Shown: positions 13,701 through 25,653 of the stretch, piece after piece
How the letters are laid out: each line of letters opens with the position of its first letter
Position numbering within the stretch: the stretch's first letter is position 1
DNA from: Guillardia theta CCMP2712
Lineage: Eukaryota > Protista > Cryptophyta
Assembly (NCBI RefSeq): GCF_000315625.1
Contig: NW_005434534.1
Coordinates: 62,925-126,924 of the forward strand
Direction of reading: 5' to 3'
DNA: 64,000 bases
Position numbers and translations under genes: made by a program
The notes under the pieces: generated by a model
Seen by the model: the letters and a program-made list of their open reading frames with translations, nothing else
What the model was told of the DNA's origin: nothing
Databases searched by the model: none

Positions 13701-14499
13701 CAGATGAGCCCTCAAAACATGCCATCCCCACTCGCTCTCCTCCTCCTCCTCCCCTCGCCTTGTCCTCAGGCAACGGGGCCCTTCTCCTCCTCTTGCAACA
13801 TTTCCCCTCCTCTCATCTATCTTCGCCCCCACCCCTTCCTCTTTCCTGGCATGCTCGCAGTTGCAATCAGACGGGATCACTTCCTATGACAACACTGGAT
13901 CGAGAGACACTTGTATGAAGTTATCCTAACATTTTCTCACCCTTCATCAATCAACCTTGCAAATTAGCACACCGACACAAATCCCATCCCCTCTTCCCCC
14001 CTTCCCCCTGACTTTCTCCCTCCCCTGCACTTCCTTCTGCTTGCACTTCCACAAGCTTCCATGGATTAGAAGGCTGCAATATTCATCTACCCTATTTCTC
14101 CTGGCTCTTCTCCTGCCCCCATTACCTCGAGTATTTCTGTGACAGCTCAGTTGCTGACCTATGAGAAGAGCACACGCAGTTTGTACTTCGTTCTCTCCTG
14201 TGTATCCTTACTAGTAGATTCAATCTGCGATTGCGTTGCCGCTCCAAGGCTTGTCTTGCAAGAGGAGGCTTGTGAACTGACATGAACTTCGCAAGGTACT
14301 CTGCTGCTGCTAACTTAGCAACAGGTCGAGGGATTTGGTGAGGTTGAGTCACTTGTCAATTGAATCAAGGATTCATTTTGATCTCTCAGTCCTTCAAGAG
14401 TCTTCCATGCTGACACAGAACATCAGTTGTCCGATTGTGTTGTAATTTCCGCAATCTGGGCCCTTCAAGGCTTCGGTTGAATGATTCATTGGCAACCGT

Positions 14500-15060
14500 A
14501 ACGACGGTGCTCCGATGATCTGCTGGCCTGGTGCCGCCGCATGCCATGCTTGAATGCCCGCCGCCGCTCAGATCAGCCAAGTTTCGCCGCACTGGCGAGT
14601 TTCGACAGGCCCTTGAAACGAGTCACTGAGTCGGAGCCGAAGACCCCGGGTGGAGAGTCACGCGGAGTCAGGCTTGATCTTCGGGAGTCAGCGCATCCTA
14701 CTAGGCTAGTAGATTCGTGACTGGGTACCGTAGTGTCACTACTGATGACTAGTCGGACGGTGTGACCGTCCGTCCGGTGCCTTGCCAAGTTGACTGACTC
14801 TGAGTACCGCACTGCACGCCCGGTGACTGGCAGTCACTGACTCAGTGAGTGGCACCGTAGCCTACTCAGTGGGCCGGGACCCCGCGGGTACTACCGTCCC
14901 GTACTAATCGGCGGATCATGGGATGCCGGGCGCCGCGGCGCCGCCGGCCGGGGCCCGGGGCGGCCGGCCCGCGGCTCAGTGGTTGACAGTGACCAGTGAA
15001 ACGAGGCTTCAAGGCTTCCGGCGAGAGGAGCGCGCCTCGTGGCGGCACCGGGCCACCCAA
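14500..15060. promoter_or_regulatory. GC-rich CCGG/TGACTC island upstream of the RPAIN-like gene
   Basis: gagtcactgagtc, gtcactgactcagtgagt, ccggccggggcccggggcggccggcc. Confidence 0.45.
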
Positions 15061-15083
15061 CTAGCTGAGCGAAGAGTAGTACA

Positions 15084-16087
15084 ATGGCGGGAAGGAATGT
15101 GAAGGCAAAAGGTCAAGGACGTGAGAAGATGCTGGAAGAACTGCGAGAGAAGTGCAGGAGGAGACTGAAAGACGAGAGAAAGAACCTTGTTGACACGCTC
15201 AGAGGATTGGCACAAGGCAAGAATGTGCTGGACATGCACCAGGAACAGCTAGAGGCTGTCAGGGATTTTACGAGAAATCTAATCGAAAGAGTGAAAATGG
15301 ACGAGGGTGAGTACCAGGCAGGTCAAGAAGACTGCATGTTTTGCTTGACATTTCCTCACACTCAGGCATAAATGATCAAGAAGTTGGAGCCTTCAAGTCT
15401 ACAGCGGAAGCCTATCCTTCGCTTTATGATACCATTTCAACTTCACCAGATGCAACTGTGGAAGAAGGCGATGAAGAAATGCTTACATTCGAAGAGTACA
15501 TTGACATGATGACTAAGTTGGAAGAAGAGATGATTCTCGATATTCTCGAGACTGGTATGCGATCATTAGCAAGATTGAGGTTTAACGAGTTTGCAGAACA
15601 CAGACAAGCACTCGAATATCTTGGCTATGAGGAAGATGAAGCGTATGATTCCCTTGAAAGTCGTGGTGACGCGGTGAATTCCATACATGTGTTGATGTTT
15701 TGTGGTGATTTTACAATTGACAGGTTGTATGCCCTATCTGCCTCCGCTCAAACATTGAACTATTGTCGAACACATTTTTTTGTGCTTGTGGTATGTTTTG
15801 CTCTCTGGTTTAATTGCTTTGTTTTGACATCTTTCATGCTTGTTCATTGGAAGGTATGAGATTATCTTCCGAAATGGGACAAATATCCTTGGAAGAGCTG
15901 AAAGAGAGCATATCCGAGAGCTACGATGAACATAAAGCAATTTGTGAGCAGAAGCCTTCTTTTTCGATTCAGTCATGTGGAGGTCAAGATATGCTTGTAT
16001 GATGACGTGAATCAGCGGTTTGAATCTCTAATGATACAACAGGTACTTCAATGCCAGCTTTGTGAATTCATGAAGATCGTGGTGTAA
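15084..16087 (+). CDS. RPAIN: RPA-interacting protein (RIP/RPAIN)-like, multi-exon
   Basis: N-terminal LREKCRRRLKDERKNLVDTLR, acidic middle, C-terminal Zn-finger pattern CPIC..FCACG..H..C..KPSF..CQLCEFMKIVV*. Confidence 0.75.
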
Positions 16088-17449
16088 TGTCGCTGGATTT
16101 CTCGTATCTACAACTCAAACATCAACGAAAGTTGTGACCTCGCAGGGAGAACGTTGCACGAGTGGATGCCATGGGAAACAATAGTTGTAAAGGTTCATTT
16201 ATTTCCAACTTCAATCATTCTTTCCCGACGACATTATCTGCCAATTGCACTTTGTCGCACACGAAAACCTTCAGGAGTCAGCAAATAATCACTCACAATT
16301 GCAGTCTAAACGACATGACAGTATGTGATAACTTTGCCAAAACAAAAAGGAATTTGGAATAAGAATTGTAAACCTTTAGTGGTATCACTCTTAAAAACTG
16401 ATGCGCGGTCAAATTGACTTCAGAAAGATCAGCCCAAGCCATTCCGAGATCGCAGAGATCACTTGTTGATTGATAAGTACAGATCAATTTTTCACACGAC
16501 TCTATCTATGTGTATTGTATGTTTGAATTTGTCTATCCCAGTGATCATGCATGGGCTTTATATAGACCAGTGATCATGCATGGGCTTTACATTCAAACAA
16601 ACAACATTAGTTTTCGCTAATTGTACAACATTTGAACATTAGTTTTCGCTCATTGCACAGTAGTGGGTGAGGTAGGGGTCGCGGTATCGATCTTTCATAT
16701 TGCTACTGTTTGGCTATGCGTGTTGTAAAGTACATTCGTATTTGCATAAATGAAAATACAGAAATCATGACAATACGACAGCAATGAGATCTTTTTAATT
16801 ATGGCCGGGTATGGATAAGTATTGTATTCTTTGCCAACCTGTCGACACCAATGAGATTGTTTCATTTATAGATATGGATATAAGTGTTGTAGTCTTCGCA
16901 ACCTGGAACGATACAAACTGTCATGCAACAAGTCCAAGTTTGCAGTGACACTGTATGTGGCAACGGGACTGCAGTATCCTTCTTACTGTAGTTATCAGCG
17001 CAGTATACATACCTGCCTTAGAACAGTTGTTGCATGTGAGCATATCCATATTAGCACCATCATAGCATTGGATGTACAATACTAGAGAAGTTGAGCATCG
17101 ATGCTAGGCGCTATCTTTGGAGCTTGTTTTTCAGGCGTTGTGTTGTAGGCCAACATTGTTTATATCAGCTTCAATAGATAACAGGATCTTCGTCGCAGCG
17201 CTTTAAATAGTTCATCATTGTCTCAACAGATTCGGCAATCCTTAGATGCTTGTTTATTATGTTCGACAACAATATATCCAACATGATGGAATCCTACTTT
17301 GTTAATTCTTATCACTCAAGTCTGCAAGATGCCTGAGCCGGATTCATTGGATTATGGATAGCATGCTCGAATCATACATAATACATAAGTTGATCTATAG
17401 ACAGTCACAGCAGGAGAAGTCCACATGATGATACTATTGTGTCTACAAT

Positions 17450-18046
17450 TCAAATGATGATTGGGCTAAGGTATGCCTGTTGTTGAGTATTGGACATTAG
17501 GAAGGACCAGGGGTTGTGGTCGCATATCCCGAATGACACTGGCTTATCATGACATGTATGCTTCCTCTTTGGCAGCATATGAGTCTGTTTGACACCTCTC
17601 TTCTTTGCTTCATTCCCTGCCTTCGCGTCCATGTTGCCGGCACACCCCCATGTCCCTTCTCCTTGACAGTTGACCCCAGCATTAGAAGTATCTGTTGCAT
17701 TTCCATGAGCATAGATGCCCATACTTGAGTCATAGGCCGACATATTGCTTTCTTCAAAGTAGATAGACTTGAACTCTTGCCTCGTCCTCTCGCGTATCAA
17801 TTGAACATCCTCCTTGATTTCATGTTGATCTAGGCAAGTAAAATGAACCTTTGCCCCCGTCATTTTATAGGGAGAGAAGTTAGCTGGATACTGTCCAGCC
17901 TTCGGCTGCTTACGGTTTACCTTGCCTCGACTGGTTTGCAACACACCTCTATGAGATCTCTTGCTTTTCTTTGATCGTATCGTTGAACACCGAGGCCAAC
18001 CAGGTTTAGGAGCTGCACTTCGGTCATGAGCTCGAGCTTTGCACAT
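17450..18046 (-). CDS. Unknown-family paralogue 2 (GxYPxxFSP domain), intronless
   Basis: RKQPKAGQYPANFSPYKMT..LDQHEIKED..FKSIYFEE. Confidence 0.7.
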   Translation of the reverse strand: MCKARAHDRSAAPKPGWPRCSTIRSKKSKRSHRGVLQTSRGKVNRKQPKAGQYPANFSPYKMTGAKVHFTCLDQHEIKEDVQLIRERTRQEFKSIYFEESNMSAYDSSMGIYAHGNATDTSNAGVNCQGEGTWGCAGNMDAKAGNEAKKRGVKQTHMLPKRKHTCHDKPVSFGICDHNPWSFLMSNTQQQAYLSPIII

Positions 18047-18214
18047 CGTGCTGGGAGTGCGACGACTCTGACGCAGTCGTCACCCTTACGTTGTAGTTAA
18101 ACAACCAAGAGCATTGAGCTCACGCTCCGTCTTCCTGCCTTTGTCCTCCTGCCGCCATCGCTTGAACCGCTTGATCGCCCTCCGTTGATTCGCCGGCGAA
18201 GTGTATGAAGGAGA

Positions 18215-19150
18215 ATTCGGGGGTGGGGGTGGAGTTGAGGAAGAAATCGTCTTCTGCCAGGGGTGGTACGACTGTGTTTGCAGGGTACACGAGAGGATAT
18301 GGACGGGTGGTCGTTGTTAAGTAACATCCAAGGGGGTGGGGTTATAGTTCATGATGGGTACGGTCCGTTGGTCAGTGAGGGGAAGAGGGTACATTGATTT
18401 GAAAGTGTTTGGGGTGCTTAGGTGGTGTATGATCGTAGGATGTCCGTAGCTTCATAGGCGTGGGGGGTATACGTCCTATCCAGGTGGGTGGGGGTGGGAG
18501 ATTCAATAAAGGGGGTGGGTGGGGTAAAGCAGCAAGCAGTGACAGCATGATGTGTCAATCTGAACTCAATCGATTGAAATCAACGATTCAGTTCGATTTA
18601 TTCATTTTTTATCTTTTTTTTGGTTCTAAAACCCTTTTAAGAGCAGATACAGCTTTACCGACTAGAAGTAATTTTAAGTCTAAAAGTGTTGTAAAAGGCG
18701 GGAGGTGAATCGGAGGGACGAGCGGGGATGAGGGGCAAGCATCACGCGGCGCGAAAGGTCAAGGAGGTGACATAAGGCTAAACATGGGGGGTACCATGTG
18801 TGTGCTAGACCATACCCCTAGCCACCCCTACTACCCCCTTACCTGTCACCCTCCACCTGGCCCTTGCTCTTCAACAAACGGTAGGCCGGTAGACCCGTTA
18901 GATACCTGAGGGGGTAGTGGAATCATTCGTGAGGTCCTGGGGGTGGGTGGAGGGCAGAAGGGGTGCATGATGTTTTAAAGATGACGAACTCTAGTGGTGG
19001 CTTACAAGGGGGACTCCGAGGTACGGGTCACCGGAGGCGAGAAACGAGCAAAACAAAGTTCATGGGGTAGGGTACCCATTTGTCCGGGCAGTTGCAGAGA
19101 AGGTAGGGGGTACAGAGAGTGAAGGGGACATGATTCGAGGGTGGGGTGGT
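18215..19150. promoter_or_regulatory. GGGGTR/YACCCC motif cloud between head-to-head paralogues 2 and 3
   Basis: Dozens of ggggtgg/ggggtag/ctacccc units in the divergent spacer. Confidence 0.55.
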
Positions 19151-19425
19151 GCGGCGGCTTCTCCTCTTGTGCTGCAGCGGGGTCAAGCAGCTGCCTCGAC
19201 TTGTCCGGCCGAGGCTCCTCAGCTTTCAGCCCTCTCCTCCTCACTCCCTCGACGACCTCCCTGCCATCGAACGCCAGACAAGTACATCCTTCTTCTGGTT
19301 TCTCTGCCGTCACCTGGCTGGGTTGTCCAACTCTTGAGACCCTGAACGGTTTAAGGTAACACAAGGAGAAATACGACATTTGATCGCCCAACTTTTGTAA
19401 CACAACGAGATCTACATATCAGACG

Positions 19426-20046
19426 ATGTGCGACAACATCCAACCTGTCGCCCTAGATGAGCTAGAACAGGAGCTGTTAATTGGAGAGAGCGAAAAACAC
19501 CAAAGCAGTTGTAACGGCCAGAAGCCAAGACGGATCGCCCCTCGCAAGAGATTGCCCAAGCCCGGAAGCTACCCAGATGACTTCTCGCCCTTCAGGATGA
19601 CATCCGGTGACGGCATGGTCGTCAGCCTCTCTTACCTAGAGATCAAACGCGACCTGCAGACCATCAACGAGCAGTGTCGCGACATGTTCCAGTCCGTCTA
19701 CTACGCTGAGGTGGGTTGCGAGGACATGGAGCAGAGCAGCAAGGGCTCGAAGCCCTGTGCGCTATCGCCAGTGCGAGTACAATCAATCATCGCTGCAAGA
19801 AGAAGCAGAGGGCCGTGCATGAAGCAGCCGACCTCTAGAGCGGAGGAGACACGGATGATCATGGCAGCGGTCAGGGCTTCGTTGCAGGAGATCAGAAGCA
19901 GGCAGCAGGAGGACAATATAAGTGATGAAGAGAAGAGTGCTATCATGCGTATGAGGGCGAGCAAGCGACCGAAAGTAGAAGACAAATTCCCCGGCAACAA
20001 AGTTGCTAGTCAATGGATGGATACTTGTAGCTCGATCGTGATTTAA
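19426..20046 (+). CDS. Unknown-family paralogue 3 (GxYPxxFSP domain plus UIM-like motif), intronless
   Basis: RKRLPKPGSYPDDFSPFRMT..LSYLEIKRD..FQSVYYAEV; EETRMIMAAVRASLQE. Confidence 0.75.
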   Translation: MCDNIQPVALDELEQELLIGESEKHQSSCNGQKPRRIAPRKRLPKPGSYPDDFSPFRMTSGDGMVVSLSYLEIKRDLQTINEQCRDMFQSVYYAEVGCEDMEQSSKGSKPCALSPVRVQSIIAARRSRGPCMKQPTSRAEETRMIMAAVRASLQEIRSRQQEDNISDEEKSAIMRMRASKRPKVEDKFPGNKVASQWMDTCSSIVI

Positions 20047-20300
20047 TCTTTGTGAGTGTGAGTCTACTCTATGGTTAGTTTGTAGATCGTTAAAGCAGGA
20101 AGATGGTTTGTGGAAATGAATTTTGACTGCCATTACAACCCCACACCGCTACACTGAGAGTCAAAGACAGAAGTAGGCACGAGTCTGGAGTGAGCACGGC
20201 CAACTATTCGCACCTGCATTCCTGACATCATCGCCACGGTGTTCCGCAATCACGGGAACAGCGAATCAGAGCTCGTCGCTACTTTGACAACAGACCACGT
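19528..20300 (+). repeat. 773-bp direct duplication, copy A (copy B at 24240..25012)
   Basis: Constant 4712-bp offset, about 4 mismatches by eye. Confidence 0.95.
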
Positions 20301-20759
20301 GAGTACAAGCCTATTATCAAGTATGATTGTGTTGAACGCGACGAGATCGGGTTTCACATGCATGGTTCGTTGAATGCATTTGCTACGTTTCACATCAGTT
20401 GTGTTTTTCATTCAGAATTTTTTTTGATTTGTCCACACTTATGAGTTGCAAAGTCATCATCGTGTTTGGACGCTGCCTTAGCATATAATTTAGAAGGTTT
20501 CTTTCTGCATACGGGCATGCAGTATCAGCGAATGTGAATGGTGCTGTATACATATACATACAACAAGCTTGTCGGGAAGTTGTGGTTGTGCATAACAATG
20601 ATGTTGTACATCAACACGTTGAGCATGTTTTCATAGCATCTGGGCGTTTTAAGGACATGAAATTAAAGATTCACTTGCAAATAAGTCGGAAATGCAAAAT
20701 TTTGAGGCATCAATTGGCTTTGAAGGAATCATTTGCACTTCCACATCTCTCTTATGACA

Positions 20760-21420
20760 TCCTGCTCTCCTCTACTTATTATACTCTGCTTTTCCCTATA
20801 CCCTCTCCTGTCTCGTTACAATCTTGCTCTACTCACTCCATTCGCTCCTAAGTGCCCTAGTGCCTCGGTGCACGATTATATGCACTACGTTATTCCCTGA
20901 GCACTATTACACGGCTCTAAGCGACACCCTCTGCTCTACTGCACTTGTTGAAAGCTACCTACTGTACTGTACTTTGCTCTACACTAGTGTAACAAGCACC
21001 TCTGCTCTCATCTACTCTACTCCACACCCTGTGCTCGGCTGTGTGTAACTCCACTCTACTCTATTAGATTGCCTCTGCTCTGCTCTGCTCTGCTCTACAC
21101 CCTCTGCTCTGCTGTACTACACTGTACCGCTCTACTCGTACACGCTCTGTGTTACTGTACTACACTTGTCTGAACTCCTACACCCTCTGCTTGGTGCACT
21201 TGAAACCTTATTTACTCTGCTATACACCCACTGCTCTTCTGTACCACATCGGCCCGTAAAGACCCGCATGTGCCCTGCTCTATCCCTTCTGTGTGGCACT
21301 ATCTTGGTTCTCCTCTACACGCTCTCGTGCTCAAATCTTCTGCTCTACACCCTCTGCTCTGCTCCACTGCTCCCTTAGCTCCCTCAGCTCCCTAAGCTCC
21401 ACTGCTCTGATCTGGTGCAC
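20760..21420. repeat. Degenerate CT-rich low-complexity satellite (CTCTG/CTACAC units)
   Basis: Recurrent tacaccctctgctct and ctctgctctgctct. Confidence 0.7.
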
Positions 21421-21520
21421 ATGTTTTAAAAACATGTTTTAGGACGGCTTCGCCTCGTCACGTTACCTCAAATAAAAGTCACGTCCCCTCCGCGCGCCCT
21501 CCCCCAGCCTCCGTCTCCCA

Positions 21521-22168
21521 ATGGACAGATGCGGGGAAAGCTGGACGCGAATGTCTGTAACGCTCATTCATGGCACAATGGAACTAAAAGCATTCTATGA
21601 CGTGTGATTGGTTGTGTTTCCAACACCAACATGCCTTCATGTTCCTGGTGTTGGCATATTCATTGCGTCTGCTCTTTTGCCTCTAACTTGTGGTGCCTCA
21701 TTCGAATCTTTTTCGCAGACTTTCATTGCAGAGAGGGAGAACATGGTCTTCACTCGAGAACAATGTCTTCACACTCTTAGTAACACAGATCGACGTACTT
21801 ACGATGACTTTGTCTATTACTTTATTGATCGGTTTTCATTTTTGCAAGCTTCTTGAAAGTACATGGGGGAGGCAATTCTGAGAATGTTTGTTTGTAGGTT
21901 TGGATCAGCTCGACACTACAGGTGTGTAGTCCCCAGAGGACAATGAACATCGTTGGGTATGATGTAAGTCGTTCTGAATAATTCAGTTTTCACTGAATTC
22001 TATGAAGCATCTGAGACACAACTTGACCAAAATTATGGGATGAAAGATTGTCTGCCACAACCCGAACTTATCGAAGCTTTACGGGTTGCAGATGTCTACA
22101 GCGAATGCTCAAGGCGCCTCCGCTGGATCAACACAAAGGTGAAGAGTAGAGATGTAAAGTTTATTTGA
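21521..22168 (+). CDS. Hypothetical multi-exon protein with a hydrophobic segment
   Basis: Plausible exons GVGIFIASALLPLTCGA..FIDRFSFLQ / VWISSTLQ.. / SETQLDQ..LRVADVYSECSRRLRWINTK..*; a decayed copy of the last exon lies downstream. Confidence 0.4.
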
Positions 22169-23309
22169 CAACACAAATACACTGTCGATTCATGGCACAT
22201 ACACAGCAAAGGAAAGGACAGACCACCTTAGCAGTTGTTGACGATCCTTTCATAGTCGAGAAGAACCACCAGGGGTGGTGAGGCTCACGCACGAGCGAGC
22301 ATCCCTCGTGCGTCCGCTTAGATCTGCTGCCTGCTCCTCCTCGAGGTTCAGCCAATCGTACCAGTATGTACACAGTACAGGAGGTACCACCCGTACTGGT
22401 CACACTCTGTCGCCCAACAGGGGTTGTATTGCAGAGGTCCAGTAGCCGTGAGAGCCCTTGGTGTCCTCACCTCGTGGCTGTACGAGAAGACCATAGCTCT
22501 GTTGCTGCTCACTCCTGCTCAATAAAATTCCTTCCTGCGGAGGTTTGAGCTCGCCTTCGCAGAGCTCTGATATTGTCATGTCTGTAAGGGCTAGTGTAAA
22601 GTACATATGATACTTCCCAAGGATAGCATGATTGTTTGCAATAAGTAGCAAGAGCTAGAGCTTGTGTGAAATTGTTAGCAGTGGGGCATAATCTAAGGTT
22701 TTTACTTGAGAGCTGCAGACGTATACAGCAAATGCTAAAAGCGCCTCCACTGAATCGAACAGGAAGGATGCAGCGAGTAAACTGTGAGGCCGATGTAAAT
22801 GATGTCTCTCGTTTCCCACATCTCCGTCTTTACGGTGTGATTTTTCCGCTTTCCTTGACATCCCCGCCAACCCCAACCCCAACAAACACGAGGCCCCTTC
22901 TTCGAACCCGATGGTATCCGCGTGGATCTCTCGCTATAGAGCATCGACCAGTAATTTTCTGTTCCATGCTTTAGTGGAGCACACAGCTATCACATCACAG
23001 TACACGTCCTGCTCCTCAATTCCTTCGACATAGGCGGTCGTGACCTAGAGGAGGAGGCAGCAGCTGCCTCATGGGCCTGACGAGCTCAAGCCTGCATCCG
23101 TCAGCCTCACCCTGCGACCAGGGCTGGAGGCGCAAGTCACAACATGACGGCGGCGAGGGAAGAGTCAAGCATCAGATCGGTCACAATGGCTCTCGGGATG
23201 GAGGGACAGAAAATTTGTTTGTATCAACGAAGAGCCAAATATTTTGCTGTCTTTTGATATTTCGATGGTTCTGAGGCATGCTCATCATTTTTGAACCGAT
23301 AGAGGCAAA

Positions 23310-23605
23310 AGTGAATGTGGGTGGGTGGTCGGGTAGTTGCGGGTAGGGCTCGAGAGGGTGGGTGGGGAGGGAGATTCTGGTGAACTTTGACAGACAAGGG
23401 GTAGGTAGGGGTAAGTTGTGGAGGGGTGCATCAAACTTTATGTTCCTTGAATTCGTGGGGTGGGGTAGATGTGGAAGATTCTCGAGGATACATCAGATGG
23501 GGTAGAACTAGCAATCTTTGCTTGAGTAGGGTGGGTGTCATCCCGTCTGGATGGAGTGGGTAGGGGTCATGCTGTCCCTAGTGGGGGTGGGGGTAGGGTA
23601 GATCG
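23310..23605. promoter_or_regulatory. GGGGTR motif cluster upstream of paralogue 4
   Basis: gggtgggtgg, ggggtaggtaggggta, ggggtggggtag, gggggtgggggtagggtag. Confidence 0.5.
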
Positions 23606-23990
23606 ATCCGAGCACCAAAAAAACTTCTCCTCTCTTCCTCTTCCTCCCTCTCTTCCTCTCCCCCGCTCCCCCGGTCCGTCTGACCTTGTCCGCCCCTTGA
23701 GATTTACCTCCTCCCTTTCAGTTCTTATCGTCACCCTCTCCTTGCTTTCATGACAAACCTGCTCTGTTGATCTCTACCTGTTTCATAAACTGATCGCAGA
23801 GCATCCTCTACCAAACTGCTGGAAAGGGTCTCAGGCCCCAGCGATTCATCGTGTTCAATCAGCAGCTAAAAGCAAGCCTATTGCACAGAAGACGAACTCG
23901 TGAACACAAGCTTCTACCTTCCTCTGTTTATAGAGCTCGTCAGCCCTGTTCTAAACTTCAAGGAAAACAAGGAGCCAAACAAACTTTGGG

Positions 23991-24758
23991 GTGTGCAACT
24001 CAACCGTGTTCATGACTTACATGGATATCAACATGGACATTGACATGCATTTGAGAAAAAGCGAAGTCAACATGCCACAGCAACCTGTCGTCATTGATGT
24101 CAAAAGTAGCCAGATCGAAAACGCCTCGTATAAACCCGCCGTTGCAGCAGACATTGGCGACAGGGCGATTCAACTGAGCAATGCAGAGTTGGCTAAGGAA
24201 ACATCGCAATTGGAACCGAACGAAGCAAGCAAGAGGCCCAGACGGATCGCCCCTCGCAAGAGATTGCCCAAGCCCGGAAGCTACCCAGATGACTTCTCGC
24301 CCTTCAGGATGACATCCGGTGACGGCATGGTCGTCAGCCTCTCTTACCTAGAGATCAAACGCGACCTGCAGACCATCAACGAGCAGTGTCGCGACATGTT
24401 CCAGTCCGTCTACTACGCTGAGGTGGGTTGCGAGGACATGGAGCAGAGCAGCAAGGGCTCGAAGCCCTGTGCGCTATCGCCAGTGCGAGTACAATCAATC
24501 ATCGCTGCAAGAAGAAGCAGAGGGCCGTGCATGAAGCAGCCGACCTCTAGAGCGGAGGAGACACGGATGATCATGGCAGCGGTCAGGGCTTCGTTGCAGG
24601 AGATCAGAAGCAGGCAGCAGGAGGACAATATAAGTGATGAAGAGAAGAGTGCTATCATGCATATGAGGGCGAGCAAGCGACCGAAAGTAGAAGACAAATT
24701 CCCCGGCAACAAAGTTGCTAGTCAATGGATGGATACTTGCAGCTCGATCGTGATTTAA
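23991..24758 (+). CDS. Unknown-family paralogue 4 (near-identical to paralogue 3 except the N-terminus), intronless
   Basis: C-terminal ~172 aa identical to 19426 ORF except one R/H change; unique N-terminus. Confidence 0.75.
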   Translation: MCNSTVFMTYMDINMDIDMHLRKSEVNMPQQPVVIDVKSSQIENASYKPAVAADIGDRAIQLSNAELAKETSQLEPNEASKRPRRIAPRKRLPKPGSYPDDFSPFRMTSGDGMVVSLSYLEIKRDLQTINEQCRDMFQSVYYAEVGCEDMEQSSKGSKPCALSPVRVQSIIAARRSRGPCMKQPTSRAEETRMIMAAVRASLQEIRSRQQEDNISDEEKSAIMHMRASKRPKVEDKFPGNKVASQWMDTCSSIVI

Positions 24759-25012
24759 TCTTTGTGAGTGTGAGTCTACTCTATGGTTAGTTTGTAGATC
24801 GTTAAAGCAGGAAGATGGTTTGTGGAAATGAATTTTGACTGCCATTACAACCCCACACCGCTACACTGAGAGTCAAAGACAGAAGTAGGCACGAGTCTGG
24901 AGTGAGCACGGCCAACTATTCGCACCTGCATTCCTGACATCATCGCCACGGTGTTGCACAATCACGGGAACAGCGAATCAGAGCTCGTCGCTACTTTGAC
25001 AACAGACCACGT
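24240..25012 (+). repeat. 773-bp direct duplication, copy B
   Basis: Matches 19528..20300. Confidence 0.95.
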
Positions 25013-25653
25013 CAAAGGTCTCCATCAGGATGGTAGCAGCGGATAGCAGCGCTGCTACACATAACCTTCAGGAATGAGAGAGTACCAGAGCTCAACAAGA
25101 CAACAAGGAGACCCTTTCCTTGTGACATATTCCTCCACCCAACTCCCTACTGTACTTCCTTTCATCTCATTTGTTATTACTGTACTTTCTTTTCCCAGTG
25201 CTCTTGTCCTGCAATGCGTACACTCACATTCTCCTGCATATCCTCGTACCTCATTAGCAACAGATAACAGTGTCGAACAAGTAAGCAACAACGTTTCCAC
25301 GTGATATTAATGTAAACGCAAGACAATAATCTTTCAAAGATGAGATGGATTGTAATACTTCCCTACACAATCATGTTTCAGGTCAATAACGATGATATTC
25401 TGCATTATGGCCTATTGATTTGTTTCAGAGTATCGCTGTTCACTCAAAACGCCTCCCAAGCGATATTTGCCATCATCGACATTCAGACAAGGAGAGTACA
25501 TAGTATGTCAGCATGAGACAGACTACCAACATGCCGGATGATGGTGCGATGAAGATGAATAAGAAACGAAAGTTTATCCCCAAAAATCTCACATATGCAT
25601 TTTATTTATATCCACATGGCTGGGGTTTCGTCGCTTGCAAGCCACGCGAGATC

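Noticed and set aside
12613-24758. Paralogue family as a transposon or viral ORF
   Set aside because: No terminal repeats, target-site duplications, or transposase/RT/capsid motifs seen; not fully excluded
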